Of a stretch of DNA of 62,289 nucleotides, positions 9,362 through 19,442 are shown one piece after another; positions within the stretch are counted from its first letter, which is position 1, and every line of letters starts with the position of its first letter. Under the pieces are notes generated by a model that did not search any database, had not been told where the DNA came from, and worked only from the letters and a program-made list of their open reading frames with translations. The stretch comes from an uncultured virus (IMG/VR IMGVR_UViG_3300042946_001372) (Duplodnaviria > Heunggongvirae > Uroviricota > Caudoviricetes). The stretch is taken from IMG/VR virus record IMGVR_UViG_3300042946_001372, one strand, 5' to 3'. Both the position numbers and the translations under genes were made by a program.

Positions 9362-10573
9362 ATGTCAAAAATCAATGTACTTGTTATTCCTTCTGACCGC
9401 ACAGGGGTTGGTAAATTTAGGTCTGTAGACCCTCATATTTTTTTACAAAATCTTTATCCTGATGATTTTCATGTGGATATAATTTACGATGTACCCATAG
9501 AGGACATAGAATTTTTCAAAAAATACCAAATCGTAGCATTTCATAGAAGTTTGAACCCTGACTTCGAGAAATCAAATGACATGTTAAAAAAACTACAGTC
9601 TACAGATGTTATCACAATTGATGACATCGATGATTATTGGATGCCCGGTAAAGAACATCCAATCCACGATATCATTAGATTCAATAAAATAAATGAGAAG
9701 ATTGTTGCTAATTTGAAAGAAGCTAAGTACGTTACAACCACTACTTCGTTGTTTGCAGATGAAATTAAAAAGACAAATAAAAACGTGGTTGTTTTTCCTA
9801 ACGCAATAAATCCCGATGAGTCACAATTCAAAGAAAAAAACACCGAGTCTGATAGATTACGAATAGGTTGGTTGGGAGGCTCCTCACATTTACATGACAT
9901 CCAATTATTAGATGGTTCATTCAGTAAGCTAACTTCTTTATCTAAAAATTTACAATTTGTGCTTTGTGGATTTGATACTAGGGGAACTATTACCGAAATC
10001 AATCCTCAAAATGGTGAACATAAAAAAAGAAACATACTACCTCACGAGACAGTGTGGGCCAATTATGAAAAAATTTTCACTCAAGATTATTCAATAGTTT
10101 CAGAATCATATAAAAAATATTTATTGGACTTTTCACAAGTTGAATATGTTGATGAATTGAGTGAATCCTATGTTCGTGTTTGGACCAAACCTGTTCAATC
10201 CTACGCAAAAAACTATTCAAAATTTGACGTATCTTTGGCACCAATCAAAAATACAATGTTCAACAGAATGAAATCCCAATTGAAAGTAATTGAAGCCGGA
10301 TTTTATAAAAAAGCTATAATCGCCTCTAATTTAGGACCATATACAATTGATTTGGTACATTCACTTCAAAATGGTAATTTTGTTGATGGTAATGCACTCC
10401 TTGTGGATGAAAACAGAAATCACTCAGATTGGGCTAAGTATATTGAAAAACTTCAAAAAAATCCCAATTGGGTTAAAGATTTGGGAGAAAGACTTTATGA
10501 ATCAGTAAAAGATAAATACGATTTGAGAGTCGTTACAAAACAAAGAGCAGAATTTTATAAATCACTTGTATGA
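9362..10573 (+). CDS. Glycosyltransferase (GT-B/GT4-like)
   Basis: DIDDYW, RIGWLGGSSH, DVSLAPI..FNRMKSQLKVIEAG motifs. Confidence 0.8.
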   Translation: MSKINVLVIPSDRTGVGKFRSVDPHIFLQNLYPDDFHVDIIYDVPIEDIEFFKKYQIVAFHRSLNPDFEKSNDMLKKLQSTDVITIDDIDDYWMPGKEHPIHDIIRFNKINEKIVANLKEAKYVTTTTSLFADEIKKTNKNVVVFPNAINPDESQFKEKNTESDRLRIGWLGGSSHLHDIQLLDGSFSKLTSLSKNLQFVLCGFDTRGTITEINPQNGEHKKRNILPHETVWANYEKIFTQDYSIVSESYKKYLLDFSQVEYVDELSESYVRVWTKPVQSYAKNYSKFDVSLAPIKNTMFNRMKSQLKVIEAGFYKKAIIASNLGPYTIDLVHSLQNGNFVDGNALLVDENRNHSDWAKYIEKLQKNPNWVKDLGERLYESVKDKYDLRVVTKQRAEFYKSLV

Positions 10574-11271
10574 TAAACATTCCTATTGACAAATTATTAT
10601 TTTTAGACATTGAAACTGTTGGTGTTGAAAAAGATTGGGATTCATTAAAGAAAAATAATGAGCCTCTCTCTTTTCAATTTGAAAACTATTTTGATTGGTT
10701 TCAAAAAAGATTTCCTGAGGATGCAAACAAACCAATATCAGAAATGTTTGTCAATAAGTCTGCTCTTGTACCAGAATTCAATCGAATTGTTTGTGTAAGT
10801 GTTGCCTTTATAAACAAAAAAGGAGAAGTAAAAATTGAATCTCATAATGATGTAGACGAAAAAAAGTTATTATTAGATGTTCAGAAAATTCTACACAAGG
10901 TGGGTGAACTCGGATTCTATCTGTGTGGACATAATGTAAAAGGTTTTGATATTCCTGTGTTGGCAAAAAGAATGATAATAAATGGAATTTTACCTCCTAA
11001 AATTTTGCCAGGTCACGATACTAAACCTTGGGAAATAAAAGCCCTCGACACTAAAGAAGTATGGCAATACGGAGGTTACGGTTCTATTGCATCTTTGGAG
11101 TTGATGTGTGTTTGTTTAGGGGTACCTTCACCTAAAACTATGGAGGTTACAGGAAATAAAGTTCATGACGCATTTTGGACAAAAAAAGATTACGAAGGTA
11201 TCAAGAATTACTGTGAAGCAGATGTCCTATCTTTGATAAATGTTATTAAAAAATTAAATCAATTAAAATGA
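10570..11271 (+). CDS. PolB-related stand-alone 3'-5' exonuclease
   Basis: ExoI FLDIET, ExoII GHNVKGFDIP, ExoIII YCEADV. Confidence 0.85.
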   Translation: MINIPIDKLLFLDIETVGVEKDWDSLKKNNEPLSFQFENYFDWFQKRFPEDANKPISEMFVNKSALVPEFNRIVCVSVAFINKKGEVKIESHNDVDEKKLLLDVQKILHKVGELGFYLCGHNVKGFDIPVLAKRMIINGILPPKILPGHDTKPWEIKALDTKEVWQYGGYGSIASLELMCVCLGVPSPKTMEVTGNKVHDAFWTKKDYEGIKNYCEADVLSLINVIKKLNQLK

Positions 11272-11873
11272 GTGAAAATAATAAGGAGTTTGAGGAACTT
11301 TTACAATTATTAGAAAAACTAACATCAGAAGCAAATTCAAAAGGGTTGGATGTTGATTCCGAAGATGAATTAGATTCTTTGGTTTCTATGTCATTTGATG
11401 ACCTCAGTCAGGAATTTATTAAAGAATCAAAAACAACACATCTGAAAGTAAAAAAACTAAATGATGACGCGACTCTACCTTCATATAATTACCCATCGGA
11501 CTCAGGGTTTGATTTATACTCAACAATAGAAGTTGAAATACCCGCATTTGGTAGGGCTTTAATTCCGACAGGATTGAGTTTTCAGTTTCCCGAAGGATAT
11601 GAAATTCAAATTAGGACAAAAAGTGGATTGGCAATCAATCAAGGTATTATGGTTTTGAATTCACCGGGTACAGTAGACCAAGGTTATTCAGGAGAAATAA
11701 AGGTTCCCATTTTTAATACAAACAATTCCCCTTTCACAATAAATAAAAATATGAAAGTTGCTCAGGGTGTCTTATGTCCTGTGGTAAACGGTAACTTTGT
11801 GAAAATTGAAGAAGTTGAAAGTTTTGACCAAACAGACCGTGGTGACAATGGGTTTGGAAGTACAGGTATTTAA
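11268..11873 (+). CDS. dut: dUTPase (trimeric) with acidic N-terminal extension
   Basis: SGFDL, RTKSGLA, NSPGTVDQGYSGEI, RGDNGFGSTG motifs. Confidence 0.95.
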   Translation: MSENNKEFEELLQLLEKLTSEANSKGLDVDSEDELDSLVSMSFDDLSQEFIKESKTTHLKVKKLNDDATLPSYNYPSDSGFDLYSTIEVEIPAFGRALIPTGLSFQFPEGYEIQIRTKSGLAINQGIMVLNSPGTVDQGYSGEIKVPIFNTNNSPFTINKNMKVAQGVLCPVVNGNFVKIEEVESFDQTDRGDNGFGSTGI

Positions 11874-11884
11874 AAACTTTTTTT

Positions 11885-12055
11885 ATGGGAAAATATTATG
11901 AAAATTTGGACACACTCGTAGAGCTAATAAAAAAATTAGATAAAAAACACGTTCTTGCCGAGTTCATTATAGATTGTATATCGTTAGCAAAAAAAGAACC
12001 GACCAAGACCGCACACGAAATAATTAAAGAATCTAAGAAAAAAAGATTAGAATAA
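11885..12055 (+). CDS. Small hypothetical protein (56 aa)
   Basis: Hand translation MGKYYENLDTLVELIKKLDKKHVLAEFIIDCISLAKKEPTKTAHEIIKESKKKRLE; fills the gap and its TAA overlaps the next ATG (TAATG). Confidence 0.55.
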   Translation: MGKYYENLDTLVELIKKLDKKHVLAEFIIDCISLAKKEPTKTAHEIIKESKKKRLE

Positions 12056-13686
12056 TGATTACAATAGGATATTCAACCCGAGAATCAAATTCCAAGCTAA
12101 AAGAATATTTTATAAAAAGCTCTGGTTTTAAAAAAAATCTTGTTATAGAAAAAGTAAATAACGGAGAAAAATCTCTATCAGAAATATATAATGAGATTAT
12201 AAATGAAGCGACTACGGATATTGTCGTTCTATGCCACGACGATATAACCTTTGATACCTCCGCTTGGTATCCAAAACTATTGGAACATTTTAATAATTCA
12301 GAGTTTGGTATTTTAGGTGTTGCGGGTACAACTCATATGCCTGAGAGTGGACAATGGTGGGAAAATCGTAGGAAGATGTATGGGATAGTAAACCACCAAC
12401 AAGGTACAAAAAAATGGGAATCTAAGTACTCAGAACCCATCGGTAAAGATATTAAACCCGTAGTTGTTGTTGATGGATTATTTATAGCAATTCACAAAAA
12501 AAGAATAAAGAAAAATTTCAACGAAGAATTCAAAGGATTCCATTTCTACGACATTCCATTTTGTTTCGAAAACTATTTGGAAGGTGTTAAAGTTGGTGTA
12601 ATAACTAACATAAGGATTACTCACCAATCTATTGGTATGACCAACGAACAATGGGAATCAAATCGACAATTGTTTGTGCAAAAGTATTCTTCTAAACTAC
12701 CACAAAAAATACAATTCGACAAAGATAAGGATAAAATAAATGTTTTACTTACTTGTCTAAATTTCAAGACTTTCACTGGTTCTGAATTGTATGTCTATGA
12801 ATTAGCTAGAGGTCTAAAGAAACTAAATTGTGACGTAACTGTAATGTCACAAATTGGTGGTCCACTTACAGATTTAGCTAAGAAAAATGGGATAAAATGT
12901 TTGTCCTTTGAACAAGCTCCAGGTTTCAAATTGGGAGACGGTAAATGGGGATTCGATGATGGTAATGGGTACAAAGTTTCACAAGTGAACATGATGTACA
13001 GGGTGTCCGAAGTGAATTTTGATATAATTCACATTCAACACAAACCTGTAGCTGAAAGAATATTAAACTTTTATCCTGAAATTGATAAAATTTGTACAAT
13101 TCATTCTGAAGTAATAGAACTGGAAAACCCTGTAATACACCCCTCCATAAAAAAATATATCGCAATAAGACCTGAAATAAAAGAAAATCTAATATCCGAA
13201 TTCCAAATACCAGAAAATGATATCGAAATAATTTACAATCCGATTGATGAATCAAAGTTTGTTAAATCTGATTTGAATGAGTCGGGATATGTTTTGTTTG
13301 TTGGAACCTTAGATTATCTAAGGAGAGAAACTTTAATGGACCTAATTGAATATACTCAATCAATAAATAAAGAATTATGGGTTGTCGGAGAAAACAGGGG
13401 TAATTTTTTAGATGCAATACTCAGAGAACATAACGTAAAATATTTTCCTTCTACATGGAACGTTGAAAAATATTTGAAGGGTTGTTCCGAAACCGCAGGA
13501 ATACAACTTGGAAGAACAACCATAGAGGGTTGGCTTTCGGGAAAACCAGGGTGGATTTATAAAGTTGATTCTTTGGGAGTAATTACATCTAAAGAAAAAT
13601 TTGACCCTCCGACAGACCTTGAAAAATACTATAGTTCAAATGTGGCTAACGAAATAAAAAATATGTATATAAAGATTTTATCATGA
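12055..13686 (+). CDS. Two-domain glycosyltransferase (GT-A N-terminal + GT-B/GT4-like C-terminal)
   Basis: VLCHDD, GILGVAG, VVVVDGLF, FHFYD in the N-terminal domain; TGSELYVYELA, IYNPID in the C-terminal domain. Confidence 0.8.
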   Translation: MITIGYSTRESNSKLKEYFIKSSGFKKNLVIEKVNNGEKSLSEIYNEIINEATTDIVVLCHDDITFDTSAWYPKLLEHFNNSEFGILGVAGTTHMPESGQWWENRRKMYGIVNHQQGTKKWESKYSEPIGKDIKPVVVVDGLFIAIHKKRIKKNFNEEFKGFHFYDIPFCFENYLEGVKVGVITNIRITHQSIGMTNEQWESNRQLFVQKYSSKLPQKIQFDKDKDKINVLLTCLNFKTFTGSELYVYELARGLKKLNCDVTVMSQIGGPLTDLAKKNGIKCLSFEQAPGFKLGDGKWGFDDGNGYKVSQVNMMYRVSEVNFDIIHIQHKPVAERILNFYPEIDKICTIHSEVIELENPVIHPSIKKYIAIRPEIKENLISEFQIPENDIEIIYNPIDESKFVKSDLNESGYVLFVGTLDYLRRETLMDLIEYTQSINKELWVVGENRGNFLDAILREHNVKYFPSTWNVEKYLKGCSETAGIQLGRTTIEGWLSGKPGWIYKVDSLGVITSKEKFDPPTDLEKYYSSNVANEIKNMYIKILS

Positions 13687-14393
13687 CAATTTTAACCGCG
13701 TCATATAATTGTGAAAATTATATCGAAAAATGTATATTCAGTTTAATGAGTCAAAGGTTCAGGGATTTCACTTGTTACATTACCGACGATATGTCTACAG
13801 ATAATACACGGGAACATATAAAAAGGGCTATCGAAAAAGATAATAGATTCATTTTGATTGAAAATCAGGAGAAACATTACCCACCCGGAAATTACAATCA
13901 GATAATAAATGGATTAAATTTACCTGATGAAGAGATATGTGTCGAGGTGAATGGTGATGATTGGTTAGCCAACCCAAATGTATTAGGAAAAATTGATGAA
14001 GTTTATAAAGATGAAGACGTCTGGATTACCAGTGGTTCTTTTAAATATCATGACGGTCGTCAAGGGTTTAATAGACCATTACAGACAACAGAAAATCTCC
14101 GCAAGCAAGCATTCACATTATCCCATTTACGTACTTGGAAATCTTGGTTATGGAAAAAAATTAAAGACGAAGACCTCAGAGACCCAAATGGAGTATATTG
14201 GCCTGTTGCTGGAGATGTTGCATTTATTTGGCCTATGGTTGAAATGGCTGGTCTCAAACATTTTAGGTACATATCAGATATCCTTTACATTTATAATGAA
14301 GGGAACCCAATCAACGACCACAAAGTAAATTTCTCTAAAGTTATAGAAAATCATAATTTATTAAAAAATAAACAACCATATAAAGAATTATAA
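13683..14393 (+). CDS. Glycosyltransferase family 2
   Basis: ASYNCENYIEKCI.S..Q, DDMSTDNT, GDDWL. Confidence 0.85.
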   Translation: MTILTASYNCENYIEKCIFSLMSQRFRDFTCYITDDMSTDNTREHIKRAIEKDNRFILIENQEKHYPPGNYNQIINGLNLPDEEICVEVNGDDWLANPNVLGKIDEVYKDEDVWITSGSFKYHDGRQGFNRPLQTTENLRKQAFTLSHLRTWKSWLWKKIKDEDLRDPNGVYWPVAGDVAFIWPMVEMAGLKHFRYISDILYIYNEGNPINDHKVNFSKVIENHNLLKNKQPYKEL

Positions 14394-14395
14394 AA

Positions 14396-15049
14396 ATGAG
14401 CTTACATCAAAGAATTTTAGAACTGCACAAAGAAAGACCAATCAAAAAAATACTCCATTTGGGTGCACATTTGGGAAATGAAATTGAATTTTATTTAAAA
14501 TTGAATCCTGACTTGATTTACTGGTTCGAAGCCAATCCTGAATTGATTGAAGGTTTGGAAAAAAATGTTCTTAAACATTCTCACATTTCACAAAAAATTT
14601 TCCAAGTTGCAGTATCTAACGAAAACAAAGAGTTGGATTTCAACCTGATTTATAGTAATGATATGAGTAACACAGGTTGTTCTTCTTTGTTAGAACTAAA
14701 AGAACATTCCAAACAATATCCCCACATAAAAAAAATAAAGTCGGTAAAGGTACAATCCGTGAATATAGATGATTTTCTCAAAAAAAATAACCTTGAGACA
14801 GAATTTGATTATGTGAATATGGATATTCAAGGTTCTGAATTTGATGTTTTGAATTCAAGTGAAATTTTATTTCAGCCCACTGACTTCAGAATTATACAAT
14901 TAGAAACTTGTCAAATTGAAATGTATGCAGGACAAAAATTAGAGAAGGACATTGTAGACTTCATGCAATCAAAAAGATATAAAAAAATATATTATCATCC
15001 ATGGGCACATAATTGGGGGGATACTTTATTTTTAAATGATAAAAATTAA
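14396..15049 (+). CDS. FkbM-family methyltransferase
   Basis: LHLGAHLGNE, FEANP, MDIQGSE. Confidence 0.85.
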   Translation: MSLHQRILELHKERPIKKILHLGAHLGNEIEFYLKLNPDLIYWFEANPELIEGLEKNVLKHSHISQKIFQVAVSNENKELDFNLIYSNDMSNTGCSSLLELKEHSKQYPHIKKIKSVKVQSVNIDDFLKKNNLETEFDYVNMDIQGSEFDVLNSSEILFQPTDFRIIQLETCQIEMYAGQKLEKDIVDFMQSKRYKKIYYHPWAHNWGDTLFLNDKN

Positions 15050-15063
15050 ATTTATTTTACTCT

Positions 15064-15903
15064 ATGGGAAATAAAATTACTTGTCATTTCATGGGTGGTT
15101 TAGGAAATCAATTGTTTCAAGCATCTCATGCATTAGCACAAGGGTGGAAACATAATAGAGAGGTTGAATTTCTCCCTTATTCCAACACACCTGGTCAAGG
15201 AAGACCTGTACATAATTACACCAACAATGTTTTCCGAAATTTGAAATTCGTGGACAAAATGGAACACTACACAACAGTCCATGAAGGTCCCTTTGAATAC
15301 AGCGAAATCAACCCGTTACAAGGAAATACATCCTTTTATGGATACTTTCAAAGCACCAAAAATTGGTTTGGTCTCGATGATAAAATAAGAGAAACATTTC
15401 AACCCTCATTGAATGTTGTTCAGGAACTAAGAGAAAAATATCCTCAACTGAACCAACCAAAAACCCTGTCTATTCACATCAGAAGGGGTGAATATTTACA
15501 ATTTCCTGACATTCATCCAACCATATCAATAGAATATATTTCTGAAGCATTAAAATTGATTGGGGAATATTCCACAGTATTTCTTTTTACTGAGGATGAA
15601 TCAAGGTGGCCTGGTAGTAGAGATTTCGTTATGAATAATTTTTCTTTTCCTAACGTTGTTTTTCCAAAAGAAAATGAAGATTGGAAAGAAATGTATCTTA
15701 TGGGGCTTTGTGAAAATCATATAATTCCAAATTCTACTTTTTCGTGGTGGGCAACTTTTTTAAACAAAAACAAAAATAAAAAAATTATTGCCCCGTCTAC
15801 TTGGTTCGGACCTAAAGGACCGAATGCCAAAGATATTTTCGAGTCTAATTGGACCTTAGTTCCGACGGAATGGACCCAAGGAGGACTTATTAAACCAATA
15901 TAA
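15064..15903 (+). CDS. Alpha-1,2-fucosyltransferase family (GT11)
   Basis: GGLGNQLFQ, GYFQS, HIRRGEY, NSTFSWWA motifs. Confidence 0.9.
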   Translation: MGNKITCHFMGGLGNQLFQASHALAQGWKHNREVEFLPYSNTPGQGRPVHNYTNNVFRNLKFVDKMEHYTTVHEGPFEYSEINPLQGNTSFYGYFQSTKNWFGLDDKIRETFQPSLNVVQELREKYPQLNQPKTLSIHIRRGEYLQFPDIHPTISIEYISEALKLIGEYSTVFLFTEDESRWPGSRDFVMNNFSFPNVVFPKENEDWKEMYLMGLCENHIIPNSTFSWWATFLNKNKNKKIIAPSTWFGPKGPNAKDIFESNWTLVPTEWTQGGLIKPI

Positions 15904-15916
15904 AAAAAATAACAAT

Positions 15917-16531
15917 ATGAGTTTCGGACACAGTTTGCACGTTCAAGGAATCAAAAGTTTCATAACTTCAAAAAAATACAACTTAGTTGGCGACGTTTTG
16001 GAATTTGGAACATTCACCGGAGGAAGTACCAAAGAACTTGCAAGTTCATTTCCTGATAAAAAAGTTTTCACGATAGACCATTTTATGGGGTTGGAGGAAA
16101 CTAAAAAAGGTATACCCCAAACAAGCGATTGGGTAAAAGGGGCATTTTCAATTTACAACCCTCTTTATAAAGATATTCCGAATGTACCCAAATCAATCGA
16201 AGAATTACAACAAAGATTTGTACCATACCCAAATATTCAAATGATTATAGAAGATGTTCACAAATTAAACGAACCATCCTTCTATGGTATTTCAAAAGTA
16301 GCAGTTTGTAATATTGACGTGGACATTTATGAACCGACTGTATCGTCCTTAGATTTTTTGAGCAAATGTATATGGGATGAAATTTTTATTAGATTTGATG
16401 ATTGGCATGGCGGGGAATCATACTTTGACAACCATGAAAGATTAGCCTTCAGAGAATGGGTTGAAAAAAATAATTATAAATTTGAAATCACTCACGGTGG
16501 ATTGTGTGGTGGGGTTTTCGTAAAAAGATAA
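15917..16531 (+). CDS. TylF/MycF-like SAM-dependent O-methyltransferase
   Basis: GDVLEFGTFTGGS, IDHFMGL, IDVDIYEPT, FDDW. Confidence 0.75.
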   Translation: MSFGHSLHVQGIKSFITSKKYNLVGDVLEFGTFTGGSTKELASSFPDKKVFTIDHFMGLEETKKGIPQTSDWVKGAFSIYNPLYKDIPNVPKSIEELQQRFVPYPNIQMIIEDVHKLNEPSFYGISKVAVCNIDVDIYEPTVSSLDFLSKCIWDEIFIRFDDWHGGESYFDNHERLAFREWVEKNNYKFEITHGGLCGGVFVKR

Positions 16532-16534
16532 GAT

Positions 16535-17152
16535 ATGGTAAACACAAACCCCAATTTTAATTCTTGTACCATACCCACATTGTTGGAGATGAATAAAAAA
16601 TATAATTTAGTTGGTGATGTATTAGAATTTGGAACATGTACTTGTCAAAGTGCCATTGAGCTTGCAAATTTATTCCCTGATAAAACAATTTTTACTGTTG
16701 ACCATTTTGAAGGACTAGAAAAATCTAAAAAACCACTTCCTCGCACAAGTGATTGGAGAGAAGGTTCTTTTGCTTTAGGTGCTTGGAACGCAAAACATAT
16801 AGTATTTCCCAAAACAATCGAAGAGGCCAAACAAAAGTTATCTGTAAAATCAAATATAAAGTTGGTTCTTTCAGATATACACAAACTTACTGAACCTAAA
16901 GATTATAATATAAATGAAATTGCTATTTGTAATGTTGATGTTGACATATATGAACCAACAGTTTCTTCATTAGAATTCTTGACAAAATGCAAATGGTCCG
17001 AAATCTTCATAAGATTTGATGATTGGCACGGAGGGGAAGAAGAATATAATCACCATGAAAGATTAGCTTTCACTGAGTGGATTACAAAATACAAATACCA
17101 CCACGAAGTTGTTCATGGTGGTGTATATGGAGGTGTAATTATAAAAAGATAA
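16535..17152 (+). CDS. TylF/MycF-like O-methyltransferase (tandem paralog)
   Basis: Same motifs; clearly similar to 15917..16531. Confidence 0.75.
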   Translation: MVNTNPNFNSCTIPTLLEMNKKYNLVGDVLEFGTCTCQSAIELANLFPDKTIFTVDHFEGLEKSKKPLPRTSDWREGSFALGAWNAKHIVFPKTIEEAKQKLSVKSNIKLVLSDIHKLTEPKDYNINEIAICNVDVDIYEPTVSSLEFLTKCKWSEIFIRFDDWHGGEEEYNHHERLAFTEWITKYKYHHEVVHGGVYGGVIIKR

Positions 17153-17155
17153 TAT

Positions 17156-17989
17156 ATGGAAAAAGTAACAATTAGAAAGGTATCAGACTGGTGGGGTGAA
17201 TACGATTGTTCATCAAACCGCAACATGCCAAAATATTTACGTTGGCTATCAAGAGAGACACAAGACCCATACACGGTCAGTGTATATGTAGACAATTACA
17301 TAAAGGATTGGGGTTTTAATGACCCATCACGGGAAAAAATTGGATGGTTACTCGAGTCACCTCAAATGAATGAACATACCATCAAAGTCCTCGTAAATGA
17401 TTTGGAGAAGACTCGGGAACATTACAAATGGATTTTCACTTGTATGGATAGTTTGTTGGAACTAGGTGCACCGTTTGTTTATAACATTTCGAATGCCGCT
17501 CCTTGGATATATCCACAAAATAGAGCAATCCACCCCAAAACAAAATTGGTCTCTATGATTGCATCTAACAAAGGATGGTTGAGAGGTCATCAAAATAGAT
17601 TACAATGGGTTGAAAGACTTAAAGATAAAGTTGACTTGTTCGGTACGGGTAGACCAAACCAACTCAAAGATAAAGAAGACGGATTGAAAGATTATATGTT
17701 CTCGGTTGCTATTGAAAATGATAACTCCGACACGTATTTTACTGAAAAACTTACTGATTGTTTTGCGATGGGTACTATTCCAGTTTATTATGGTTCAAGG
17801 AAAGTTGTTGACAAATATTTTGACCCAACTGGTGTAATCTTTTTGGAAGACGACCCAGACTTATCAAGCTTGACCACAGAAAAATATCAATCTATGATGC
17901 CGGCAATTGAAAGAAATTTCAGAAAAGCTAATGAACTTCCAGTTGCGGAAGATTATATGTGGGAAAATTATCTAAAAAATTTATTCTAA
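17156..17989 (+). CDS. Alpha-1,3-fucosyltransferase family (GT10-like)
   Basis: YMFSVAIENDNSDTYFTEKLTDCFAMGTIPVYYG is the GT10 signature. Confidence 0.85.
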   Translation: MEKVTIRKVSDWWGEYDCSSNRNMPKYLRWLSRETQDPYTVSVYVDNYIKDWGFNDPSREKIGWLLESPQMNEHTIKVLVNDLEKTREHYKWIFTCMDSLLELGAPFVYNISNAAPWIYPQNRAIHPKTKLVSMIASNKGWLRGHQNRLQWVERLKDKVDLFGTGRPNQLKDKEDGLKDYMFSVAIENDNSDTYFTEKLTDCFAMGTIPVYYGSRKVVDKYFDPTGVIFLEDDPDLSSLTTEKYQSMMPAIERNFRKANELPVAEDYMWENYLKNLF

Positions 17990-17990
17990 T

Positions 17991-18800
17991 ATGAAATATT
18001 TGGTATTGGGTTCTGCGGGCCAAATAGGTGCAGAACTTTGTAAATTCTTGAAAAATAATGGAAATGAAGTAATAGAATTCGATATTGTGAACTCCACAGA
18101 AGAAGATTTACGAATTCCTGATGTGTTGGATTCTATAATCCCCAAAGTCGATTTTGTTATGTTCTTAGCATTTGACGTCGGAGGTTCTAGATACCTCAAA
18201 AAATACCAACACACTTATGAGTTTATTGAAAATAATACAAAACTAACTCTATACACATTTCAAACTTTGAAAAAATATAACAAGCCATTCATCTTTGCAT
18301 CTTCACAGATGGCCAATATGTCATATTCCCCTTATGGAATTACAAAGTCTCTCGGTGAAACATTTGCAAAAATTCTCGGTGGTTTAACTGTCAAATTTTG
18401 GAACGTGTATGGTCCTGAACATGATTTGGAAAAGTCACACGTAATTACTGATTTTATCATCAAAGCCAAGCAAGGAAACATTACTATGATGACTAATGGA
18501 ACGGAACAACGACAATTTCTACATGCTGAAGATTGTTCAAATGCTTTGTATATCCTTTCTCAAAAATATAATGAAATTGACAGAACTCAGAATTTACACA
18601 TTACAAATTTTGAGTGGAATTCAATTTTGGAAGTTGCTGAAATTATATCAGAATACATCCCTTGTAATGTCTCACCATCTAACGAAATCGATACTGTTCA
18701 GTTAGACAAAAGAAATGAACCCGACCCTTATATATTAAATTTTTGGAACCCAAAAATTAGTCTCAGAGAGGGTATAAAAAAAATTATAAATGAAATGTAA
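17991..18800 (+). CDS. NAD-dependent sugar epimerase/dehydratase (SDR)
   Basis: GSAGQIG, YGITK (YxxxK), NVYGP, RQFLH. Confidence 0.85.
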   Translation: MKYLVLGSAGQIGAELCKFLKNNGNEVIEFDIVNSTEEDLRIPDVLDSIIPKVDFVMFLAFDVGGSRYLKKYQHTYEFIENNTKLTLYTFQTLKKYNKPFIFASSQMANMSYSPYGITKSLGETFAKILGGLTVKFWNVYGPEHDLEKSHVITDFIIKAKQGNITMMTNGTEQRQFLHAEDCSNALYILSQKYNEIDRTQNLHITNFEWNSILEVAEIISEYIPCNVSPSNEIDTVQLDKRNEPDPYILNFWNPKISLREGIKKIINEM

Positions 18801-19439
18801 ATGTTACATAATATTGTAAGACAGAAACTCTCAGAAATTTCGAACTTAGTTTTGTTCGACATAGGTGCTTGTGATTTCAGCGAAGGAATAGGTTTCAAGA
18901 GAACTTTTCCAAATTCAGATGTTTATTCAATCGAAGCTGACAAAATAAACTACGAAAGACATTATCGCGTTGCAAATAAGTTTGGGGTAAAAACATTCAA
19001 TGTCGCATTTTCAGATGAAAACGGAACCGCAACATTCTACCCAAGTATTTTTGAAACTAAAAAAAATATTGATTGGAGATATGCTGGTTCAATCGTAAAA
19101 CCACTATTAAAAGAAAACACAAATGAAGCTCTCAATCATACTGTGACATATGATATAAACGGATATGAGGTAGAAACTATCAGACTTGACACTTTCTGTA
19201 TGAAAAATAATATACCAAAAATTGATTATATTCATATAGATGTCGAAGGTGCTGAGGATAAAGTTTTATCTTCTATGGGAAGATTCAAACCCTACTTTAT
19301 TTACGCAGAAACAGCACATTTAGATGTAAAAAGCTATGAAAATAAATTGAATCTCAAAGAATTTGATATGTTGATGGAACAATTAGGGTACAAGATTTAT
19401 CAAAGATTCGAATCTGATACATTATACAATAAAATCTAA
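18801..19439 (+). CDS. FkbM-family methyltransferase
   Basis: FDIGACD, IEAD, IDYIHIDVEGAE. Confidence 0.85.
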   Translation: MLHNIVRQKLSEISNLVLFDIGACDFSEGIGFKRTFPNSDVYSIEADKINYERHYRVANKFGVKTFNVAFSDENGTATFYPSIFETKKNIDWRYAGSIVKPLLKENTNEALNHTVTYDINGYEVETIRLDTFCMKNNIPKIDYIHIDVEGAEDKVLSSMGRFKPYFIYAETAHLDVKSYENKLNLKEFDMLMEQLGYKIYQRFESDTLYNKI

Positions 19440-19442
19440 TTT

